DNA from: Candidatus Uhrbacteria bacterium CG10_big_fil_rev_8_21_14_0_10_48_16
GTDB taxonomy: Bacteria > Patescibacteriota > Patescibacteriia > UBA9934 > GWF2-40-263
DNA: 60,675 bases
Reading direction: 5' to 3'
Assembly: GCA_002793515.1 (NCBI GenBank)
Contig: PFEU01000008.1
Location: 73,952 to 134,626 of the forward strand
The translations under genes were made by a program, and so were the position numbers. The notes under the pieces were generated by a model. It was not told the DNA's origin. It worked only from the letters and a program-made list of their open reading frames with translations, and made no database searches. Of the stretch, positions 9,569-17,416 are shown in pieces. How positions within the stretch are numbered: position 1 is the stretch's first letter; the number at the start of each line of letters is the position of its first letter.

Positions 9569-10915
9569 ATGCGACATGTCCTCGACTGCATCGGTCTCGA
9601 TGGCGAGACCACTCAGGTTCGCCGAGAAGACCTGTTCCCTCGCGTGAACCGCATCGCCAAGCTGATCGAGGTCCTCAAGACCCAGGTCGTCGGCCGCGAC
9701 ACGCTCATCGACCGCATCCTCTTCGCCCTGTGCACCCGCGAGCACGTCCTCACCTGGGGACCGCCTGGAACGGGCAAGAGTCTGATCATGCGCAAGATCG
9801 TCCGTGCGAGCCGGGGCATGCGATCCTTCTCCATCGGCCTGAGCGCCGAGACGACGGAGAGCAAGCTCTTCGGCGATCCTGACGGCGCGCACTTCCGCGA
9901 AACGGGCGAGATCCGCCACCTGGTGGAGGGCTCCATCCTGGACGCCCACCTCGTGCGCCTGGGCGAGTGCCTCAACGGCGGCTCCCAGCTCCTGGAATCA
10001 CTCAACGACGTTCTGGAGGAGCGCGAGTTCCATCGCGGGAAGCAGATCGTGCGTGCGCCGCTCATGACCACCCTCGCCGACACCAACGTCGACCCGATGG
10101 AAGCCGTGGGAGCGAACCGGGATCTGGAGCCCTTCATCGACCGCTTCGTCTTCCTGATGCCCGTCGGCTACGTGGAGGGAACCGAACAGCGCCTGCGTAT
10201 GTTGCGCAAGTACAAGTCCCGCGCCGTGCATGCACCCCTGCCCGAACTGACCCTGGAAGACCTCGTCACGGTCTCAGGTGTCATCATCAAATCGGACCTG
10301 GCCGAGGACACCGTCATCGAGCAGGCGTACGAAGAGTTGGTGCGTGTCTTCTGCGACGCCACCGGCGAGACCATCGGTGACCGCACCTGGTTGCGCATGT
10401 CCCAGCTCATCGAGCTCAGCGCACTCTTGAACGGTCGCACCCACGCCACGTTGGACGACCTCCGCCTCACCGGTGCTGGCCTCATCCGCCGGCCTGGCGA
10501 GGAAGAAGCGTTCGAAAACGCCCTGGCCCAAGTGGTCGATGGCAAGTGGAAGCGCGCCGAGCACCAGGAGCGCATCCAGGCAGAAGAAGAGATCCTCGCG
10601 CGCATTGAGGCTTCGCTCCCGAGCGAAGATGAGATCGCCGAACGTTCCGTCAACGCGTTCCCGCAACTCCTGCGCCGTCTCAAAGCGGCCACGTCCCGGC
10701 TCAACCAGCTCACCATGAGCTCGCAGACCAACCGCGATCGGCTCCAGATGCTGCTCGCCGACATCGAGGTGCGTCAGACCATGCTCTTCGGAGTGGTCCA
10801 GAAGGCCACGGACCCGGAGGACCTGGCCGAGGCGGACGAACTGATCGCTGCCGGCACCTCGCCCGACGATCCCACCGAGCCCAAGAGCGGTGAGGATCCC
10901 GACGAGGCATCCTGA
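9569..10915 (+). CDS. MoxR/RavA-like AAA+ ATPase with C-terminal helical extension; GC-rich
   Basis: Walker A WGPPGTGKS, LFGDP, Arg-finger region PFIDRF; Walker B position reads VRLGEC; SD AAAGGAG upstream of ATG 9569. Confidence 0.85.
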   Translation: MRHVLDCIGLDGETTQVRREDLFPRVNRIAKLIEVLKTQVVGRDTLIDRILFALCTREHVLTWGPPGTGKSLIMRKIVRASRGMRSFSIGLSAETTESKLFGDPDGAHFRETGEIRHLVEGSILDAHLVRLGECLNGGSQLLESLNDVLEEREFHRGKQIVRAPLMTTLADTNVDPMEAVGANRDLEPFIDRFVFLMPVGYVEGTEQRLRMLRKYKSRAVHAPLPELTLEDLVTVSGVIIKSDLAEDTVIEQAYEELVRVFCDATGETIGDRTWLRMSQLIELSALLNGRTHATLDDLRLTGAGLIRRPGEEEAFENALAQVVDGKWKRAEHQERIQAEEEILARIEASLPSEDEIAERSVNAFPQLLRRLKAATSRLNQLTMSSQTNRDRLQMLLADIEVRQTMLFGVVQKATDPEDLAEADELIAAGTSPDDPTEPKSGEDPDEAS

Positions 10916-12147
10916 TGGATCCCATCACTCTCGCTATCATCGCGACACTCGCAACGAGCGGAACGATCGGGACCGCAGCCGGAGCCGTCGCCCTCTACCG
11001 GGCGATTGAACGTGCTGGTTTCCCCAAGACGACACCGTCGGGTAAGCCCATCATGTACGAGCGTCTCACTCCCGAGGAGATCGCCATCCAGATGGCTCGC
11101 CGCGTGGTCATCACCCACACGCTCATCACCATCGGACACGATCGCACCGGCCAGAAGGCTGTAGGCGAACGTATCATCGGCCACCGCAAGGTGGGCGAAC
11201 GCAAGGTGGGCGAGAAGGTCGTTGGTTACAATGTCGTCAGCCACCGCAAGGTGGGTGAACGACAGATCGGTGAGGAACAAGTCGGCGTACGGACAACCGG
11301 TCACCGATGGAAGGAATCACCAATCCCCGCTGACCGTGTGCGCCTTCGCGCCATCCGTGGACTCGAAGAGTTCCACCGTCGCCTTCCGGCCGAGCTCCTG
11401 CTTCCACCAGACATGCAGGAACTCCGCATCCTGACGGGTGAGGCGCAAGTCCTCGCCTTCGAGCGTCGCCTGCCAATCATCGAACCCATCATGGTTCCGA
11501 TCATGGAGGATGTGACCGAGCCTGTCACCGAACCGGTGGTGGAACCCGTTATGGAAGACGTGATGGAAGCTGTCACGGAAACCATCTGGGAACCCGTCTA
11601 CGAACCAGTGACACGCAAGAAGACACACGGCGTCTACATGTTGATCGACTACTCCCAATCCGCGCGGGTCGGCTTGATCGGCTCCATAGGCCGATACTCC
11701 AGACCTGGCCACCCCTGGCGTGGGAAACTCAGCGACCAAGCGGCGGTCGAAACACTCAAACGCTGCCAGCAGGAGGGGATCCCCTTCTACTGCCGTGCAT
11801 TCCACAACGAAGCCCTGAAGCTCTTCACTTGGAGGCCTGGCGACCCTCCGGGGAACGTCATGGACTATCTCAACGGATGCAGACACGGCGGCACAAACAT
11901 TGCCGTAGCCATCGAGACAGCCATCGGCGACCTCACTGGAGAGGGACTCGACTCCGCTGACCTCATGTTGCACACTGACGGAGAAGACAACCTCGACGAA
12001 TCACTCCGTCGACGACTCGACCAAGCCAACGTGCGTCTGCACGTCCAGCTCTATGGTGTAGAGAACGAGACGCTTCGGCGACTCGCCCACACCTGGAGCC
12101 TGTGCCCCACCAATCGCTACCTCTCGCAGGTAGTCACGAACTCCTGA
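10915..12147 (+). CDS. ViaA/CoxE-like von Willebrand A domain protein with N-terminal hydrophobic helix and internal repeats
   Basis: MIDAS motifs IDYSQS, GGTNIAVAI, HTDGED; ViaA-like RRLPAELLL motif; start overlaps the ATPase stop. Confidence 0.8.
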   Translation: MDPITLAIIATLATSGTIGTAAGAVALYRAIERAGFPKTTPSGKPIMYERLTPEEIAIQMARRVVITHTLITIGHDRTGQKAVGERIIGHRKVGERKVGEKVVGYNVVSHRKVGERQIGEEQVGVRTTGHRWKESPIPADRVRLRAIRGLEEFHRRLPAELLLPPDMQELRILTGEAQVLAFERRLPIIEPIMVPIMEDVTEPVTEPVVEPVMEDVMEAVTETIWEPVYEPVTRKKTHGVYMLIDYSQSARVGLIGSIGRYSRPGHPWRGKLSDQAAVETLKRCQQEGIPFYCRAFHNEALKLFTWRPGDPPGNVMDYLNGCRHGGTNIAVAIETAIGDLTGEGLDSADLMLHTDGEDNLDESLRRRLDQANVRLHVQLYGVENETLRRLAHTWSLCPTNRYLSQVVTNS

Positions 12148-12179
12148 ATGCACAAATAGGAGAACCCACCTCCTACCTC

Positions 12180-12252
12180 CCCACCACACACGCTGGTGGG
12201 ATTTTTATTTTCATCAAAAAGAAAAGCACCCGGACTCCGTGGAGTTGGGTGC
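12180..12252. terminator. Back-to-back terminators between convergent accessory operons
   Basis: CCCACCA/TGGTGGG plus T tract (+ strand); GCACCC...GGGTGC preceded by an A tract (- strand). Confidence 0.7.
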
Positions 12253-12262
12253 GCGTGTGTGA

Positions 12263-13447
12263 TCACTCGTAGTGTCTGCTTCGACTTGACGTCCACTCTT
12301 CGTGACGATTGTTGATGATCCAGAAGCTCAGGCCGAGGTTGATCAAAAGCGTCAGGAAGTAGGAGAGGACGACCGCCCAGCCGGGTGGCTCCACCGTAAG
12401 GTAAGAGAAGTCAGCGAAGGGCTTACGAACGAAGCGCTTGCGCACTTCTGGGACCATGTAGTCCACGAGATCAACGAGGTCGAGCGTCCCCTGGTTCAGG
12501 GCGTACTCACGGACATCGATCTTGAGACGATCCTGTTCGGTCCACGAGATGACGTGGGTCCAGGTAACCTTGCCAGATCGGTCGGTGCCAAGGGCGAGGA
12601 TGAACTCGTTCTTGTTCCCACCCTTCCAGTAGCTCTCCTGAGCAAGTCCAGTCTCGAGGGTTGATTCGGGTCCGAAGACCAGTACGAACATCTTGACTTG
12701 CTTGTTCCTTCCAATCTTGGCGTTCCAGAACCGTAGGAGCGTATCCGCTTCCCTCGTTTCTGACCCACCATTCCCCAGGATGGCTGGTTGATCCCAGCTT
12801 CCGATCCCTGGGTACTCATAGAGACCCCAGACCTTCGGATTCACCTCTTCGAAGTTGAAGACGGAAGTGGAGGCCTGAACGCGGTTCTCGTAGGTGTGTC
12901 TTGTTGTGACCTCGACGAAGCTCGCGTCGTCCTTCGTGTTCCACGTAGCGACGTACTTGTCACCGTCGATAGAGTGGTAATCACGGTGCATGTCCACGAA
13001 GACACGACTATGCCACTTGCTGACAAGACCTTCGAACTGGCCTGAGCTGATGGACTGCGATTCTCCGTTGGAGTCGTGGAGAACCCAACGTGGTGGATGG
13101 TCGTCTACATCGTAGAGATGCTCCGTGCCGCAGGCGACACGTTCGGTGCAGGAGTAGGTGCTCCCATCTGAGTTGGTACAGGTAGACGGTTGGTCACAGT
13201 ACTTCGTGTGCGTACAAGGAACCTCCTCGTCCCAGCGCTCGAAGTACTCGGCATGCGTTGCCCATCCGCCCCAGAACTCGGTATCCGCCGTCTGCACCAT
13301 CTCGGTCCCATACTTGAACCCAGCGATGCACACGATCGAAACCGCGAACGGAACGATGAACTCCCAGGCGACCGTCTTGTGACGGAACCAGGCATACAGA
13401 ACGATTGCCACAACGATCGGGATCGCCATGGCTCCCCAGATGATCAT
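12263..13447 (-). CDS. Hypothetical membrane protein (2 N-terminal TM, Cys-rich insert, alpha/beta TPM-like region, C-terminal TM); GC-rich
   Basis: 394-aa ORF with SD AGGAG and GC-rich codons; TPM-like call is by eye only. Confidence 0.75.
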   Translation of the reverse strand: MIIWGAMAIPIVVAIVLYAWFRHKTVAWEFIVPFAVSIVCIAGFKYGTEMVQTADTEFWGGWATHAEYFERWDEEVPCTHTKYCDQPSTCTNSDGSTYSCTERVACGTEHLYDVDDHPPRWVLHDSNGESQSISSGQFEGLVSKWHSRVFVDMHRDYHSIDGDKYVATWNTKDDASFVEVTTRHTYENRVQASTSVFNFEEVNPKVWGLYEYPGIGSWDQPAILGNGGSETREADTLLRFWNAKIGRNKQVKMFVLVFGPESTLETGLAQESYWKGGNKNEFILALGTDRSGKVTWTHVISWTEQDRLKIDVREYALNQGTLDLVDLVDYMVPEVRKRFVRKPFADFSYLTVEPPGWAVVLSYFLTLLINLGLSFWIINNRHEEWTSSRSRHYE

Positions 13448-13482
13448 GACGATCTCCTACTGTGGTGGGGGGGGTAGAAGTT

Positions 13483-14034
13483 CTAGTTCTTGCCGTTGCT
13501 GAACAGGTCAACGTCGTTCTCCTGACCGGACGAGAAGGCCTCGTCGGTCTTCGCACTCGTCACGAGCTGGATCTTGATCTCGGGTCGACCGCCGACGAAG
13601 ATGGAGCTGGGAAGCGTCTCGCGGAGGTTGTCGTGCTGTGCCTTGATGTCGATCAGCTTCTTCTGCTCACGCGCGAACTTGGTCCGCTCAGCTTCGATGG
13701 AGCGCATCAGGTCCTGGTAGAGCGCAGTGTCGAACTCCGGATTGTGTTCGGTGATCCAGCTCATGAGGGCACCACCGCGGTCATTGCCGTAGCGACCCTC
13801 CATCAGCTCGGGGTAGATCTCCTTGAAGTCCTTCGCGTACTGGCTGCTGACGCCGGCCTTCTGCTGGATGATCTTCCAGGTGGCATCGAACACCACCTCC
13901 AAGTTCTCTTGCTGAGCCTCGGCCAGATTGCGCGTACGCACCTCAGCATTAGTGTAGTTGACGTACATCCCGATCGTCATCATGGCGATGACAGCCAGGC
14001 TCAGGAGGCCGACGAGAAGTCCCTTGTTCTGCAT
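13483..14034 (-). CDS. LemA-like single-TM helical protein; GC-rich
   Basis: N-terminal TM then amphipathic helices ending TLPSSIFVG, reminiscent of the LemA C-terminal FP-x-N-IVA segment. Confidence 0.65.
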   Translation of the reverse strand: MQNKGLLVGLLSLAVIAMMTIGMYVNYTNAEVRTRNLAEAQQENLEVVFDATWKIIQQKAGVSSQYAKDFKEIYPELMEGRYGNDRGGALMSWITEHNPEFDTALYQDLMRSIEAERTKFAREQKKLIDIKAQHDNLRETLPSSIFVGGRPEIKIQLVTSAKTDEAFSSGQENDVDLFSNGKN

Positions 14035-14107
14035 GATCTCACTTCCTTCTGTTTCTCACACATCCGACATCCATGCGCGGTCATCGCGACACAGATACGG
14101 ATGCCAG

Positions 14108-14136
14108 ATAGTAACGAAACATCACTCGCCTGTCAA
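14108..14136 (-). promoter_or_regulatory. Sigma70 promoter for the LemA-like operon
   Basis: Minus strand TTGACA-N17-TACTAT. Confidence 0.7.
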
Positions 14137-14180
14137 CCAAAAACCTCCCTTTAAAGATAAAAGTCCCTTTCTTTTTTCCA

Positions 14181-14209
14181 TTGACAAAAACAGGGAAAAG
14201 TCGTATTCT
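14181..14209 (+). promoter_or_regulatory. Sigma70 promoter for rnpB
   Basis: TTGACA-N17-TATTCT, 6 nt before the RNA 5' end. Confidence 0.75.
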
Positions 14210-14215
14210 TCTGTT

Positions 14216-14650
14216 GTCTCAGGATGGTCGGATGGCTACGTGCGCTTTGCGTGCGAGGAAAGTCCGAACACCCGTTTTATCGCAAGATAAGACGATAAAG
14301 AGAGTCGCTAACGGCGACCAAGGATACGTTTGAGGGTTCGCGGAATTGGAGAAATTCATTCCATGACTCCTGATTCAAACTTTAGGGAAAGTGCCACAGA
14401 GACAATACTAGCCTCGTGCAAACGGGGTGAAAGGTGAAAAGTGATGCTGAGGTTACTCGATCAGTCGGTTGAGTCAGCCACACATCTCGCTCCATGGCGA
14501 CATGGATGCGTGGTAAACCCTCTCTGGTGAAAGAGCAAATTTGGTAGCTCGATGGAGCCCTTCAGCAATGTTGGGACTAGATAGATTGCCATCTCCCTTT
14601 GCGAGTTCGTAGAGGTAGACAAAATTCGGCTTACAGACCAGCCCTGGGAC
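14216..14650 (+). ncRNA. rnpB: RNase P RNA
   Basis: GAGGAAAGTCC, AGTGCCACAGA, GGTAAACCC and ACAAAATTCGGCTTA conserved blocks; P1 helix GTCTCAGG/CCTGGGAC. Confidence 0.96.
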
Positions 14651-14653
14651 ACC

Positions 14654-14682
14654 AAAAATTCTCGCATAACGCGAGAATTTTT
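14654..14682 (+). terminator. rnpB terminator
   Basis: AAAAATTCTCGC/GCGAGAATTTTT. Confidence 0.75.
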
Positions 14683-14687
14683 GTTAC

Positions 14688-14812
14688 CATAACGAATACC
14701 GTCAGCACATTTTCGGCTTATGGGGCCCCACCACCTCATCATCGTACGCCTGAGTACGACTCTTTCGGTGGTACCCCATGCACCAAAACTGCACTCGACG
14801 GTATTCGTTATG
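14688..14812. other. 125-nt long imperfect hairpin closed by a perfect 16-bp inverted repeat, function unknown
   Basis: CATAACGAATACCGTC (14688-14703) / GACGGTATTCGTTATG (14797-14812); inner helices ATGGGG/CCCCAT, ACCACC/GGTGGT, TCGTAC/GTACGA. Confidence 0.7.
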
Positions 14813-14823
14813 AACTTCCCACT

Positions 14824-16236
14824 ATGAAACGCTCAGAACTCACCTTTACGCTCGCGCTTGTTCCCTTTGATTTCCTTGCTCTGTTAGCGGCAGCGATCAC
14901 GGCGTTCTTTGCTCGATTCCATTCGGTATTCACGGCGATTCGTCCGGTCATCTTCGATCTAAACCTTCAAAGCTACCTGAAAGTCGTGGCCCCGATGGTC
15001 CTGGTCTTCTTGTTGGTCTTTGCGCTCTCTGGTCTGTACGGTGTCACGAGACGGTCCATCGCCAATGAATTTTCTCGCATCATTCTTGCGTGTTCGTCAT
15101 CCATGGCACTCGTGTTTGCCATTTCGTTTTTCTCTCTCACCCTATTCGAATCACGCTTCATCGCAATCGCCGCATGGGGACTCTCCATTTTTTTTGTGAC
15201 CGCAGAACGTCTTGTTGTCCGTGGTCTCCAACGAAGCTTGTTACACTTTGGAATCGGAACTCACCGTGTCGTCATCATCGGGAAGACCTCGGCTTCCGAG
15301 GCCCTCGCAAAAGAATTTACCCAAAAGAAACGTCTTGGTTTTCGTATCGTAAGCCACCACAAATCATTTACCAAAGCCCTTGCAAAAGAGCTACGGGAGC
15401 TCAAACGAGCTGATAAAATTGACGAAATTATTCTTGCGGATCCAGAGGCTTCACGCCAAGAGACGCTTGAAATCATCGCTTTCACCGAACAAGAACATTT
15501 AGGCTTTCGCTATTCAGCCGACCTCTTCACCGCAGCAGTCGGTCGGTCGATCATTCATACCTACGCAGGTATTCCTGTGATCGAAGTGCGTAAAACCCCT
15601 CTGGATGGATGGGGAGCGATTTACAAACGACTCTTCGATGTGATGGGGGCACTCATTCTCATCGTCCTCGCTTCTCCGATCATGCTTCTGACCGCCATCG
15701 CGATTAAACTCGATTCACGCGGTCCCGTATTTTTTGCCAAGCTTGATGACGGGAGTGTCTCAAGACGTGTTGGGCAAGGAGGAAAACCTTTCACCTACTT
15801 CAAGTTCCGTTCCATGCGACCAGGGACACATGCGCTCCGCTACCATGAACTCGCAGAAGCAGATACCCGCAAAGGAAGTCCTCTGGTGAAAATTAAAGAC
15901 GATCCTCGCATCACACGCGTTGGAAAATTTATTCGAGCCTTCTCCATCGACGAGCTTCCTGAATTCTTCCTTGTCCTCAGGGGCCACATGTCCCTCGTTG
16001 GACCACGCCCTCACCTTCCAGAAGAAGTCGATGACTACAAACCCGAACAACGCAAAGTTCTCACCATTAAACCGGGAATCACCGGTATGGCGCAAATATC
16101 CGGACGCGCCGATCTCGACTTCGATGATGAAGTACGGCTCGATACCTACTACATCGAACATTGGAGTCCGTGGCTAGATTTCTACATCCTCCTAAAAACC
16201 CCGCTCGTCGTCCTTTTCGGCAGAGGAGCTTCCTGA
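14824..16236 (+). CDS. Undecaprenyl-phosphate sugar phosphotransferase (WcaJ/WbaP family, initiating glycosyltransferase)
   Basis: N-terminal TM helices; KRLFDV, FKFRSM, DPRITRVGKFIRAFSIDELP, SLVGPRP, KPGITGMAQISGR; the track start at 14599 overlaps rnpB and is rejected. Confidence 0.93.
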   Translation: MKRSELTFTLALVPFDFLALLAAAITAFFARFHSVFTAIRPVIFDLNLQSYLKVVAPMVLVFLLVFALSGLYGVTRRSIANEFSRIILACSSSMALVFAISFFSLTLFESRFIAIAAWGLSIFFVTAERLVVRGLQRSLLHFGIGTHRVVIIGKTSASEALAKEFTQKKRLGFRIVSHHKSFTKALAKELRELKRADKIDEIILADPEASRQETLEIIAFTEQEHLGFRYSADLFTAAVGRSIIHTYAGIPVIEVRKTPLDGWGAIYKRLFDVMGALILIVLASPIMLLTAIAIKLDSRGPVFFAKLDDGSVSRRVGQGGKPFTYFKFRSMRPGTHALRYHELAEADTRKGSPLVKIKDDPRITRVGKFIRAFSIDELPEFFLVLRGHMSLVGPRPHLPEEVDDYKPEQRKVLTIKPGITGMAQISGRADLDFDDEVRLDTYYIEHWSPWLDFYILLKTPLVVLFGRGAS

Positions 16237-16312
16237 AAATAAAAGCATCCCTATCGGATGCTTTTATTCTTACTTTGCCCAAAATGCAAGGAATTGCTAG
16301 GATGCTTGGGCT

Positions 16313-17416
16313 ATGAAACTCGCGCTCGTCCATGACTATTTGATCCAGGACGGAGGGGCTGAAAAAGTTGTAGATGTCATGCATGGTCTTTGGCCAGAAG
16401 CTCCCCTCTACACACTCCTCTTTGATCCAAAATCTCTCCCGACCTTCAAAGGTCGGGATATTCGTACTTCCTTTATCGAGAAGCTTCCCTTGGGTCGACG
16501 GAAATACCAGTGGTACCTTCCCTTAATGCCAACCGCCACAGAACATTACAACCTCTCTGAATACGATGTTGTCCTTTCCTCGACCAGCGCCTTTGCCAAA
16601 GGAATTCTCACGCGTGAAGATGCTCTCCATATCTGTTACTGCCATACCCCAACACGCTACCTTTGGAGTGACACCCACAGCTATATCGAAGAACTTCGTG
16701 TCCCAGGAATCGTAAAAAAAATGCTTCCACCGCTCCTCTCCTATCTGCGCATGTGGGACCGACAGTCCGCCGATCGCGTTGATCTCTTTATTGCAAACTC
16801 AGAAACTGTTCGTCGGCGCATTCAGAAATACTACCGACGAGACGCCGTCGTTATTCATCCTCCAGTAGACACCGATCGTTTTTCCATTTCCAAAGAACCG
16901 AAAACCTATTTTCTCACTGGTGGGCGTCTTGTCGCCTATAAGCGTTACGATCTTGTCATTGAAGCAGCAAACCGCACAGGCCTTCCCCTCAAAATTTTTG
17001 GATCTGGTCCCGTTGAAAAAGACCTCCAAAAAATGGCTCGACCCAATGTCGAATTCCTTGGACGTGTGAGCGACGAAGAACAAGCACGACTCTACGCCGG
17101 CGCACGCGCATTTATTCATCCGCAAGAAGAGGACTTTGGGATTACTCCTGTTGAATCCATGGCCTCAGGTCGTCCCGTCATCGCTTGGCGAAAAGGAGGT
17201 GCCACAGAAACCGTCCAAGAAGGAGTCTCTGGGCAATTTTTTGATGAACAAAGTTGGGAAGAGCTCGCCGACTTCATGATTCGTTTTGATGATCGCCAGT
17301 GGGATCCATCGGCGATCAAATCCTATGCAGAAACATTTTCTCGTAAACGCTTTGAATCAAAACTCACTGAATTAATCGAGCAAACCTGGAAGCAACACAA
17401 CCAACAATCCCTATGA
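16313..17416 (+). CDS. Glycosyltransferase family 4
   Basis: MKLALVHDYLIQDGGAEKV, YCHTPTRYLW, EDFGITPVESMASGRPVIA. Confidence 0.92.
   Translation: MKLALVHDYLIQDGGAEKVVDVMHGLWPEAPLYTLLFDPKSLPTFKGRDIRTSFIEKLPLGRRKYQWYLPLMPTATEHYNLSEYDVVLSSTSAFAKGILTREDALHICYCHTPTRYLWSDTHSYIEELRVPGIVKKMLPPLLSYLRMWDRQSADRVDLFIANSETVRRRIQKYYRRDAVVIHPPVDTDRFSISKEPKTYFLTGGRLVAYKRYDLVIEAANRTGLPLKIFGSGPVEKDLQKMARPNVEFLGRVSDEEQARLYAGARAFIHPQEEDFGITPVESMASGRPVIAWRKGGATETVQEGVSGQFFDEQSWEELADFMIRFDDRQWDPSAIKSYAETFSRKRFESKLTELIEQTWKQHNQQSL

Noticed and set aside
13462-14154. Long antisense ORFs over GC-rich genes (also 10774-11304, 11317-11973, 45296-46102, 48825-50276)
   Set aside because: Shadow frames expected from high GC3 on the opposite strand; no SD or motifs
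14688-14812. SRP (4.5S) RNA identity for the long hairpin
   Set aside because: Lacks the GNRA-capped domain IV with the CAGG/AGCA symmetric loop on either strand
14599-14823. N-terminal extension of the sugar transferase given by the ORF track
   Set aside because: Overlaps the rnpB 3' end, its terminator and the hairpin; ATG 14824 gives a normal protein
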